Positions 39,501 to 51,610 of a DNA stretch of 64,000 bases are shown here, piece after piece. The translations under genes and the position numbers were made by a program. The notes beneath the pieces were generated by a model. It was not told where the DNA came from. It was given only the letters and a program-made list of their open reading frames with translations, and did no database searches. Source of the DNA: Macrostomum lignano (taxonomy: Eukaryota); NCBI GenBank assembly GCA_002269645.1, contig NIVC01000414.1, forward strand, positions 496,001 through 560,000, read 5' to 3'. Numbering within the stretch: the first letter of the stretch is position 1; every line of letters starts with the position of its first letter.

Positions 39501-42415
39501 CACCGTGAAGCCGCCCATCTCGACGGATCTGCGGCAGTAATGCGGGTAGCCATCCTCCTCGACCTTCGTGGCGGCCAGGAACTCCCTCGGGTAGCGCTTG
39601 CTGCACCTGCCTTTCTCCATGCACGCCGCGGCAGAGTTGAGCTGCTGTCCACAGGGACCGTGCAGCATGTTCTCCGCCACCAGCTGATGCAGGTCGGCGT
39701 CGGCGACAGGGTCCGGGATCTCCGCGCTGATGACGGCGTCGTACTGATCCGGCTTCAGCTTGTCTGCCAGCCACAGCAGCGCGTGCACGTGGGGAAGACC
39801 TGGATGTGGATAAAATTAAATTTTTATGAAATTAAAATAATTTTTGAGGCAACAGATAATGCTACAGCTTAAATCTTGAAAGTACACTTGCCTCGCTTCT
39901 GGTACTCCAGCGAGCAGACTCGAGCCAGAGTATCTCCAAACAGACTCTTCAGCCTGTTTAGGAAGGCCTTCTTCTTCAGCTCGAACACCCGGGCGGTGAT
40001 GTCCGGCCGATCGACGGCAGTCTGGCCTGGAAGCAGCTCGGCCAGAATTTCCGGCCACTTCGGGTTGCATGTCATCGTCAGAAACAGGTCTGGGCGGCCA
40101 AAGGCGTGAACATACGCCATGGCATCCTGCTGACGCTCCAGGCGGTACCGTGGACCTCCCACGTAGCTGGAAGTAAGAATGACACGCTTCCCGACTTCCT
40201 CCGGCCTGCCGTCGTCCTCGTGCAGCGCATCGCGGAGACCCCGAAGACTTTCAGACACCAGATCCGTTTGGTGCTGCCGGATGTACGTAAGTCGCTCGGA
40301 CTCGATCTTGGCAGCCTGGTCCACCAGGTACTGCTGGAAGAGCCGGCGACCGTACAGCAGGCCGTTGAACTGGCCTGGTCGCACCTGGATCAAGTAGGCG
40401 TAGTATTTCATCATGGTGATGCCTCGATCCTTCTTCAGCCCAATGTGCCAGCCGTCCTCGCCGTACGGAAGCAGCAGCACGTACTCCAACGGATCGTAGG
40501 AGCGATGGGTCTCAGAGATCTCCTGGAGGCCTGTGGATGCAGTTGTATAACTTAATTCTAACTACAGTTAGAATAATGTACTCCTGAATAGCCCAGAATA
40601 TTTCTATTATTTGAATTTCCATTGCAACCCAAATTTTAAGTCATTTACAGCGCTAAAGTACTTACCACCACCTCTCAGACGCAAAACCACGCTCCGCCAT
40701 TGCGCCTGAACTTCGCCATCTGCATCGCCAAGGTCCGTCAGGATGCCGACCTCACTGCACTCAGGCAAGTTGAAGCGTCGGACATGCTCCCCAGATGGGC
40801 GGGCATCGGGGTTAATGACTACCCTGGCGCTCTGCAGCTGCGGGTCGCTGCGCAGCAAGTCGACTGCGGACTTCAGGCTGCGCACGTAGCTGTTGCAGTC
40901 ATGCAGAACAGCTTGCAGCTCCTGCAGCAAAGCTTCGCTCAGACCAGCCGTCCATTGCAGTCTGTTCTGCAGCTCTTGGTCCAAAAAGAAGACCTGGCAG
41001 AACCTGGCCGCATCCCCCGGGTCCGGCAACAGGCTGCCGATCCGATGGTGCATCTGACCATGGAGGATGAAGCTCGGGTTCCACCCGGGCTGCTCACGCT
41101 GCCTGGAACCAAGCGAAGTCATATGGAGCGCGCCGTTATACTTTCTGATGTCCTTCAGGAACTGCGAGCTGAACGGATGCTCGCCAGTCATCAGCCGCTT
41201 CAGAACATCAGGCGGGTCTCGGCGCTGCTCCAAGACGGTCTGTCAGTGGGATGAAAAAATACTCTAGTAGCTTTATGTGGAGATGGGCTGCAGCCCTGGA
41301 GATGGGCTGTAGAAGTACACAATTGTCTATGAATCCATTAGTAGTGAAAGGCTTGATACAGTATTCATTATATACAGTGATTGGTATAAAATGCATAATA
41401 ATACAGTGATTGGTATAAAATGCATAATAGAGGCGGCAATTCAAATAAACTATAACAAAAATGAGCTCACCTTTCCTGAATGGCAGCAAATGCTAGCTGG
41501 CTCGTCCTTGAAGCGTAGCGCGCTGCAGTGAGGGCATTGGCGGTCCATGCGACCAAGGACATGTGGCTGGTGTGCCAGCTCCAGCAGTCTGTGGCAACGA
41601 AAAATGTGCATTTTAGTCATTACTCATAAATGGATTATAAAATCCAGTTGTACATTCATAAAGTTTATTAGTCTCAGAGAATGAGCAGCCGCACATAAGA
41701 GTAGAAGAATAAATAATCAAAAGCCATACCTGTCTCGGCGCCAGCCTGCCTGTGCATTTAGACGGCGGTCGCGGTCATCAGCGCACTCAGCCGCGCGATT
41801 CTGGTTCTGGCGCTGCCGCTGCGCCTCCAGGCGATGCACGTGGGCCGCCTCGCCTTCAGCCTCACGGCTTTCGGCTGTGCGCTGCCGCTGCACCTCCAGG
41901 CGAAGCTGATGGATTGCTTCGTCCTCGACTTTACGGCTGTCGGCTGTGCGCTGCCGCTGCGCCTCCAGGCGATGCACGTGGGCCACCTCGCCCTCAGCCT
42001 CACGGCTTTCGGCTGTGCGCTGCCGCTGCGCCTCCAGGCGAAGCTGATGGACTTTTTCGTCTTCGGCTTGACGGCGTTCGGCAGCACGCAGCCGGTCTTG
42101 GTCGAGCCGATGCTGGCGCTCCGCCTCGCCTTCAGCCTCACGGCTTTCGGCTGTTCGCAGGCGACTCGCCCCAAGGCGATGCTGATGCTCCAATTCGCCC
42201 TCAGCCTCACGGCTTTCGACTGTTCGAAGGCGACTCGCCTCAAGTCGATGTTGGCGCTCCACTTCGCCTTCAGCCCTACGGCTTTCGGCTGTTCGCAGGC
42301 GATTCGCCTCAAGACGATGCTGACGCTCGTCGGGTGTCTCTGACGCCCTTCGCTTCTTAGCTTCCGATGCCGATCGAGTGCAACGGGAAATATGTCCCCG
42401 ACCGCGTTTTGGCAT
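36512..42415 (-). CDS. Helitron Rep/helicase transposase (RepHel), 9 exons, 1637 aa
   Basis: Exons (minus): 42415-41730, 41588-41471, 41239-40666, 40530-39892, 39799-38961, 38880-38278, 38192-37891, 37780-37393, 37276-36512. Total 4914 nt with consistent phases and no internal stop. Zn motif GRMDRQCPHC..CCHSGK. Rep motifs DLFLTMTCNPKW, EYQKRGLPHVH, YVVKYITKG. PIF1 motifs DAPGGTGKT, VASSGIAA, GRTAHS, WDEAPM, GDFRQ, FAMTIHKSQGQSL, HGQLYVALSR. Confidence 0.93.
41730..42340 (-). repeat. 69-bp coding repeat: eight 23-aa STPR-like repeats plus a partial ninth at the RepHel N-terminus
   Basis: ETPDERQHRLEANRLRTAESRRA / EGEVERQHRLEASRLRTVESREA / ..., with an exact 23-aa period. Confidence 0.8.
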
Positions 42416-44897
42416 TTCGCAAACGCAACGCAAACAGCAAATGTTATAAATTAAAATTAAATGAAGAAAATAAGCAAATAACACCGTATGGAAATACGCA
42501 GATTGGAGATAAACTTATCAAACTTACTGTGATATGAAAGGAATGATATAATTAAATTGAAAATTCGCATCATTAAGTAAGGGCCTAGTGTAATGATCTT
42601 TCATCAATAAAAAAGAATTTAAATAATGTACATGCAGCTAATGAGCTACAGTAATAAAATATATCGATTTCTTCACCCAAAACTTTAAGCCCCACCAGTC
42701 TGTCTATACTGCCCAAGCCATTGCAAAGGTTGCGCAATCTGAATCAACCCTCCAATACACAGCGACCGACCCCCTCCAATACGCAGTGGCAGTTAGAAAT
42801 TCAACCCCCTCCCCACTGTTGGGGGTCGGTCAAACGTCATTGAACCCATAAAATGAGTACAATCTTTGCAGGAAGTTAAAAGTATGGAAATCGTTTTTTG
42901 AATCCCGCGCTTTTAGTTTTCATATTTAAAGCAAACAATTTATATCCCCGAACTCAGCGTTGCAAGTTCTTTCCAGCAATATAAGTCTCTCCTCTCAAAG
43001 TTGAACTCAGCGTTGCAAGTTCTTTCCAGCAATATAAGTCTCTCCTCTCAAAGTTAAAAACTCCAGCAACAGTCTGAGTTTGAAATTTGCCGATTTATAG
43101 CATTGCAATATTGAGTGTACGTTCATACGTTCACTGCCTGCTAAAGAGGCCCGCAAGTTTATTCATTGAATTTCACTGTCTAACCAATGCACAGGGCAGT
43201 CAATTGAAAGGCGCTGATAATAAAACCAATTGAATCTCAGCACAATAGCCATATAATTGCGCTTACTTACCCACCACCCCACGAAATACACACAGTTCAA
43301 TTTTTCAGCCGGGGTCCGCTTGTACACACGCTGCCACTGAGAATGCGACCAACCCCCACTGGCGAGAAAATACACTACAGAGATAGGAAAAAGTTGTGGC
43401 GCAATCGCTCAAAATCATGCAAATTTTCGGCTCCGAGCAGAAAAAGTGTCCAGAGAAGGTTAGGAAATCAGTTTTCTGCTTTTTTAGGGATCTTAAAATG
43501 TGAAAATAAAAAATTGAAATAGCCCACTGCAGTCCCCGGAAAATTTGCAGTTTCCCCATATAAGTTTCAACGCTGACTTGCAAGTATTCTAGGAGGAGTT
43601 ATGCAACACACAAACAAACAGACAAACAAACAAACAATCATCGCACCAACTTTAGTATTAGGACGAGGCCAACTCCTCCTCTGGAGGAGAAAGGGGAAGA
43701 ACTCCCATCACCGGAATTCCATTCCCTGAACTCCATCAGCTGAATCCCAAGACCCGAATCCCATTATCTAACTGTTCTCCAAATCCATCAAAATCCTCTC
43801 TGTGAAACTGAACACGATCGAAATCCTCTCCGCGAAACAAAAATCCTCTACGTGAAACTGGACCCAATCGAAAGTTTCTCCGTCAAACAACTAAACTCTC
43901 AGGATTCGGTGGTTAGGGTTAGGGTTAGGGTTGGAGCTGCACAGAGCTGCGTGTTGAAAAGGTCCGATAAAAAATGAGATATTTGAATCAAAAGATTTCG
44001 CAATTTACGCTCGTATTTCTAAGTCAGTCAGTATCAGTCTCAGTTAAAGTTAACAAAAATATTGCGCAATCTAAATCAACCCTCCAATACACAGCGACCG
44101 ACCCCCTTCCAATACGCAGTGGCAATTAGAAATTGAACCCCCCAACTGTTGGGGGTCAGTCGAACACCATTGAACTCCTAAAATGAGTACAATCTTTGCA
44201 AAAAGTTAAAAGTATGGAAATAGTTTTTCCAATGCAGAGCATTTAGTTTTCATATTTAAAGCAAACAATTTATATCCCCGAAATCAGCATTGAAAGATCT
44301 TTCCAGCAATATAAGTCTCTCCTCTCAAAGTTAAAAACTCGAGGAACAGTAAACGTTTGAAATTTCCCGATTTAAAGCATTGAGTTTACGTTCAGTGCGT
44401 GCTAAAGATGCTCGCAAGTTTATTCATTGAATTTACTGAATTACTGTCCAACAAATACACAGGGCTGCCTATTGAAAATCAGAACATATTTTCTGATCAG
44501 AACATCGTTGCGCAATTTTCTATAGTCAGTCAGCCCGTGCGCCAAGGTAAAAGTGTACACACGCCGCCACTGAGAACGCGACCATCCCCCCACTGGAGAG
44601 AAAATACACTACAGAGATAGGAGAAAGTTGTGGCGCAATCGCTCAAAATCATGCAAATTTTCGGCTCCGAGCAGAAAAAGTGTCCAGAGAAGGTTAGGAA
44701 ATCAGTTTTCTGCTTTTTTAGGGATCTTAAAATGTGAAAATAAAAAATTGAAATAGCCCACTGCAGTCCCCGGAAAATTTGCAGTTTCCCCATATAAGTT
44801 TCAACGCTGACTTGCAAGTATTCTAGGAGGAGTTATGCAACACACAAACAAACAGACAAACAAACAAACAATCATCGCACCAACTTTAGTATTAGGA

Positions 44898-47800
44898 CGA
44901 GGCCAACTCCTCCTTCGGAGGAGAAAGGGGAAGAACTCCCATCACCGGAATTCCATTCCCTGAAATATCCATCAACTGAAATTCCATGTCTTGAACCCTA
45001 TCTTCCAAACCGTCTCCAAATTCTTTACAAAATCTTTGAAAGACCATAGCTCAAAGACTCTCACGTCTCTCATATCTCCTCTCTCTTCTATTCGCTATTA
45101 TCGTGACTCTCTTCTCTCTCCTCTCTCTCATCTCATCTCTACCCCTACTCCCTTATTTATCTCTTCTCCCTCGTCTTTCGTTTGTACCCTCTCCTGTCTC
45201 TTGTCTCCTGTCTTCTCTAATATCTCTCCTCTTCACTTCTGTCTCCTGTCTCCTCTCTTCTCTCTTATCTCTCCCTCTTCTCTCCTCTCTCATATGTCAT
45301 CTCTCCTTACTTATTTATCGTCTCTCTTAACCCTCTCTCTCTTCTCTTTTCTCTCCTATCTGCTTCTCATTTCTCATATCTCATATACGCTCTCACACTC
45401 TACTTTCTTGTCTCCCATCTTTCTTTCCTCCTTACCACTATCCCCTATCTCTTCTCTTCTCTCTTTTCTATCCTCTCCATTCTCTCTTCTCTCCTCTCCT
45501 TTCTCATTTCATCTTCTCCCCTCTCTTCTCTAATCTCTAATCTCTTCTCTCTTATGTTCTCACTCATCTCTTTTCTCATCGCATCTCTCATTTCTCCCCT
45601 CTTTTCTCCTCTCTTCTCTCTCCCCTCCTCTCTCATCTCTCATCCCTCATCTCACTCCTTCTTTCTCCTCTACTCTCCCCTCTTTTCTATTACCTCTGTA
45701 CGCTCTTATCCCTCATCTCTATTCTCTCTCCTATCATCTCTCTTGTCTCCCTCTGCTATCTCATATCTCCCCTCTCGTCTCCTCTCTCCTCTTCTCTTCT
45801 CTCTCCTTCGTTCCCGCCTTACTCCCCTCTTTTCTCCCATCTGTCATGTCTAATCTCTCGTCTCATTTCTACTCTGTTTTCTATCATCTCATCTCTCTTC
45901 TCTTTTCATTCTTCTCTTTACTCTCTTCTCTGACTGACTGAAGATGCCAAATCCATCAAAATCCTCTCCGCAAAGCAGAAATCCTGTCCGTTCAAATGAA
46001 AACTATCGAAATCCTCTCCATGAAACTGGACTCCTTCGAAATCCTCTCATTGAAACTTAAATCCATCTAAATCGTCTCGATAAAACAGAAATCAATCATA
46101 AATTATCTCCGCGAAACAGAAATCCTCACTGTGAAGATGAACGTGATCGAAATCCTCTCCGTGAAACTGAACACCATCGAAATCCTCTCCACGAAACAGA
46201 AATTCTCTCCGTCAAAATTAAAACATTGAAATCGTCTCCGCTAAACTGGACTCAATCGAATTTTTTCCGTCAAACAACTCAACTCTCCGGATTCATTGGT
46301 TAGGGTTAGGGTTAGGGTTAGGGTTAGAACTATACGCACAGCTTCGTGTTAAAAGGCACTGATAAAAATATTGAACTAATTGAATCAATTCATTGCGCAA
46401 CCGATTTCACAGTCAGTCAGTATCAGTCTCAGTTAAAGTTAACAAAAACATTGCGCAATCTAAATCAACCCTCCAATACACAGCAGCAGTGAGAAGTTGA
46501 ACCCTCCCCCAACTTTATCTATTACGTCTCGCAAAACTGAGTACAATTTTTGCAGAAAGTTAAAAGTATGGAAATAGTTTTTCAAATGCTGTGCATTTTC
46601 TTTTCATATTTAAAGCAAACAACTTATATTCCCGAACTCAGCGTTGCAAGATCTTTCCAGCAATATAAGTTTCTCCTCTCAAAGTTTAAAACTCGAGGAA
46701 CAGTTAGCGTTTGAAATTTACCGATTTCCCGACTGCTTGCTAGAGAAGCTCGCAATTCATTGAATTTCACTGCCCAGCTAATACACAGGGCCGATAATAA
46801 AACCAATTGAATCTCGGCACAGTTCTATCTTTTTAAAACAGCTATGTACACTCAGTCCAAGCCCAACCCCCTCGTTCCGGGGAATCATTAAATTTAACTC
46901 AACCCCTCAACTAAAATCTTCCTACAATCTTTGCAGGAAGTTAAAAGTATGGAAATCGTTTTTTGAATCCCGCGCTTTTAGTTTTCATATTTAAAGCAAA
47001 CAATTTATATCCCCGAACTCAGCGTTGCAAGTTCTTTCCAGCAATATAAGTCTCTCCTCTCAAAGTTAAAAACTCCAGCAACAGTCTGAGTTTGAAATTT
47101 GCCGATTTATAGCATTGCAATATTGAGTGTACGTTCATACGTTCACTGCCTGCTAAAGAGGCCCGCAAGTTTATTCATTGAATTTCACTGTCTAACCAAT
47201 GCACAGGGCAGTCAATTGAAAGGCGCTGATAATAAAACCAATTGAATCTCAGCACAATAGCCATATAATTGCGCTTACTTACCCACCACCCCACGAAATA
47301 CACACAGTTCAATTTTTCAGCCGGGGTCCGCTTGTACACACGCTGCCACTGAGAACGCGACCAACCCCCACTGGCGAGAAAATACACTACAGAGATAGGA
47401 GAAAGTTGTGGCGCAATCGCTCAAAATCATGCAAATTTTCGGCTCCGAGCAGAAAAAGTGTCCAGAGAAGGTTAGGAAATCAGTTTTCTGCTTTTTTAGG
47501 GATCTTAAAATGTGAAAATAAAAAATTGAAATAGCCCACTGCAGTCCCCGGAAAATTTGCAGTTTACCCATATAAGTTTCAACGCTGACTTGCAAGTATT
47601 CTAGGAGGAGTTATGCAACACACAAACAAACAGACAAACAAACAAACAATCATCGCACCAACTTTAGTATTAGGACGAGTGGAACTCCTCCTTCGGAGGA
47701 GAAAGGGGAAGAACTCCCATCACCGGAATTCTATTCCCTGAAATATCCATCAACTGAAATTCCATGTCTTTAACCCTATCTTCCAAATCGTCTCCAAATT

Positions 47801-50800
47801 CTTTACAAAATCTTTCAAAGACCATAGCTCAAAGACTCTCAAGTCTCTCATATCTCCTCTCTCCTCTCTCTCATCTCATCTCTACCCCTGCTCCCTTATT
47901 TATCTCTTCTCCCTCGTCTTTCGTCTGTACCTTCTCCTGTCTTCTGTCTCCTCTCTTCACTCTTATCTCTCCCTCTTCTCTCCTCTCTCATATGTCATCT
48001 CTACTCACTTATCTATCGTCTCTCTTAACCCTCTCTCTCTCTTCTCTTTTCTCTTCTCTCTGCTCTCATTTCTCATATTTCATATACGCTCTGACACTAC
48101 TTTCTTGTCTCCCATCTTTCTTCCTCCTTTTCACTATCCCCTGTCTCTTCTCTTCTCTCTTTTCTATTCTCTCCATTCTCTCTTTTCTCATTTCCTTGCT
48201 CCTTTCATCTCTCTCCTCTCTCCTCACTCTCTTCTCCTTTCGCTTCTCTCTCCTCTCTCTCCTCTCATCTTTACTACCTTATTTATATCTTCTCCTTAGT
48301 CTTTCGTCTGTACTCTCTCCTGTCTCCTCTCTCCCCTGCTCTCTCATCCCTCATCTCCTCATCTCACTCTTTCTTTCTCCTCTACTCTCCCCTCTCTTAT
48401 ATTGCCTCTGTACGCTCTTATCCCTCATCTATTCTCTCTCCTATCATCTCCAATCTGTCATGTCTAATCTCTCGTCTCATTTCTACTCTGTTTTCTATCA
48501 TCTCTTCTCTCTTCTCTTTTCAGTCTTCTCTTTACTCTCTTCTCTGACTGATTGAAGATGCCAAATCCATCAAGATCCTCTCCGCGAAGCAAAAATCCTG
48601 TCTGTGCAACTAAAAACCATCGAAATCCTCTCAGTGAAACTGGACTCCTTCGAAATCCTCTCCTTGAAACTTAAATCCATCAAAATTGTTTCCATAAAAC
48701 AGAAATCAATGATAAATTATCTCCGCGAAACAGAAAGCCTCTCCGTGAAGCTGAACATCATCGAAATCCTCTCCACGAAACAGAAATCTTCTCCGTCAGA
48801 ATTTAAACATTGAAATCGTCTCCGTTAAACTTGACTTAATCGAATTTTTTCCGTCAAACAACTTAACTCGCCAGATTCATTAGGGTTAGGGTTAGGGTTA
48901 GGGTTAGGGTTAGGGTTAGAACTACGCACAGCTTCGTGTTAAAAGGCACAGATAAAAATATTGAACTAATTGAATCAATTCATTGCGCAACCGATTTCAC
49001 AGTCAGTATCAGTCTCAGTTAAATTTAACCAAAAGATTGCGCAATTTAAATCAACCCTCCAGTACACAGAGACCGACCCCTTTTCAATACGCTGTGGCAG
49101 TTAGAAATTGAACCCCCATCTGTTGGGGGCATTGAACCAAAAAATGAGTACAATCTTTGCAGAAAGCTAAAAGTATGGAAATAGTTTTTTTGATGCTGCT
49201 CTTTTAGTCTTTATATTGAAAGCTAACAATTTATATCCTCGAACTCAGCGTTGCAAGATCTTTTCAGCAGTATAAGTCTCTTCTCTTAAAGTTTAGAACT
49301 CGAAGAGCAGTTAGCGTTTGAAAGTTTCCGTTTTAAAGCATTAAAATATCGAGTGTACGTTCACTGCCTGCCAAAGAGGCTCGCAAGTTGATTCATTCAC
49401 TACACAGGCCGGCTATTACACAGGGCAGCGTATTGAAAGGCACAGATAATAAAACAAATTGATGGTGCAACCGATTTCACAGTCAGTCAGTATCAGTCTC
49501 AGTTAAAGTTAACAAAAACATTGCGCAATCTAAATCAACCCTCCAATACACAGCAGCAGTGAGAAGTTGAACCCTCCCCCCAACTTTATCTATTACGTCT
49601 CGCAAAACTGAGCACAATTTTTGCAGAAAGTTAAAAGCATGGAAATAGTTTTTTCAATGCTGTGCTTTTTCTTTTTATATTTAAAGCAAACAACTTATAT
49701 CCCCGAACTCAGCGTTGCAAGATCTTTCCAGCAATATAAGTTTCTCCTCTGAAAGTTTAAAACTCGAGGAACAGTTAGCGTTTGAATTTACCAATTTCCC
49801 GACTACTTGCTAGAGAAGCTCGCAAGTTTATTCATTGAATTTCACTGCCAAACTAATACACAGGGCCGATAATAAAAAATGAACCAATTGAATCAATTGA
49901 TTGTGCAATATATTTCTGTGTTAGTCAGTATCAGTCTCAGTTAAAGTTAACAAACAGATTGCGCAATCTAAATCAACCCTCAAATACACACCGACCGACC
50001 TCCTAACTGTTGGGGGTCGGTCGAACGCCATTGAAATCCTAAAATGAGTACAATCTTTGCAGAAAGTTTAAAGTATGGAAATAGTTTTTGCAATGCAGAG
50101 CTTTTAGTTTTCATATTTAAAGCAAACAATTTATATCCCTGAAATCAGCTTTGCAAGTTCTTTCCAGCAATATAAATTTTTTCTCTCAAAGTTAAAAACT
50201 CGAGCAACAGTTTGCGTTTGAAACTTTCTGATTTAAAGCATTGAAATATCGATTGTACGTTCACTGCCTGCTAAAGAGGCCCGCAAGTTTATGCATTGAA
50301 TTTCAAGGTTCAACAAAATCACAGGGCTGCCTATTGAAAATTAGAACACAAATCTTTGCGCAATTGTCTATACAGTCAGCCAGTGAGCCAGGGTCCGATT
50401 GTACACAGGCAGCCATTTAGAACGCCCCATCCCCCCACTGGAGAGAAAATACACTGCAGAGATAGGGAAAAGTTGTGGCGCAATCACTTGAAATTCATGC
50501 AAATTTTCAGCTCCAAGCAGAAAGAGGGGACAATTAAGATTATCAAAGGTCAAGACCGCCGTTTTCTGCTTTTTTGAGGATCTTAGAAATTAAAATTTCA
50601 GAATTAAAATAGCCTATAGCCGACCTCGGATAATTTCCAATCTTCCCATATAAGTTTCAACGCTGAGTTGGCACTATTCAAGGAGGAGTTGTCGAAATGA
50701 CAGACAGACAGACAGACAAACAACACGTCAACTTTAGTATATAGAGTGGAACTCCTCCTTCGGAGGAGAAAGGGGAAGAACTCCCATCACCGGAATTCTA

Positions 50801-51610
50801 TTCCCTGAAATATCCATCAACTGAAATTCCATGTCTTTAACCCTATCTTCCAAATCGTCTCCAAATTCTTTACAAAATCTTTCAAAGACCATAGCTCAAA
50901 GACTCTCAAGTCTCTCATATCTCCTCTCTCCTCTCTCTCATCTCATCTCTACCCATGCTCCCTTATTTATCTCTTCTCCCTCGTCTTTCGTCTGTACCTT
51001 CTCCTGTCTTCTGTCTCCTCTCTTCACTCTTATCTCTCCCTCTTCTCTCCTCTCTCATATGTCATCTCTACTCACTTATCTATCGTCTCTCTTAACCCTC
51101 TCTCTCTCTTCTCTTTTCTCTTCTCTCTGCTCTCATTTCTCATATTTCATATACGCTCTGACACTACTTTCTTGTCTCCCATCTTTCTTCCTCCTTTTCA
51201 CTATCCCCTGTCTCTTCTCTTCTCTCTTTTCTATTCTCTCCATTCTCTCTTTTCTCCTTTCCTTGCTCCTTTCATCTCTCTCCTCTCTCCTCACTCTCTT
51301 CTCCTTTCGCTTCTCTCTCCTCTCTCTCCTCTCATCTTTACTACCTTATTTATATCTTCTCCCTAGTCTTTCGTCTGTACTCTCTCCTGTCTCCTCTCTC
51401 CCCTCCTCTCTCATCCCTCATCTCCTCATCTCACTCTTTCTTTCTCCTCTACTCTCCCCTCTCTTCTATTGCCTCTGTACGCTCTTATCCCTCATCTATT
51501 CTCTCTCCTATCATCTCCAATCTGTCATGTCTAATCTCTCCACTCAATTATACTCTGTTTTCTATCATCTCTTCTCTCTTCTCTTTTCAGTCTTCTCTTT
51601 ACTCTCTTCT
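44898..51610 (+). repeat. Array units with three further CT-rich tracts
   Basis: ~45070-45930 is a near-copy of 26750-27650. ~47830-48550 and ~50900-51610 are near-copies of 22130-22830. Confidence 0.9.

Larger units (their letters stand above)
34897..43663 (-). mobile_element. Putatively autonomous Helitron, 8767 bp
   Basis: 5' TC at 43663 (TCCTAATACTAAAGTTGG..). 3' hairpin CTCCTCC-ATC-GGAGGAG + TTGGC + CTCG ending at 34897. It encloses a complete RepHel gene. Its 5' ~940 bp are near-identical to the 5' part of several non-coding units. Confidence 0.9.

Noticed and set aside
36623-42360. Plus-strand ORFs overlapping RepHel (e.g. 38254-38892, 39177-39872, 41752-42360)
   Set aside because: These are antisense shadows of a GC-rich coding sequence and of the 69-bp repeat, with no independent motifs.
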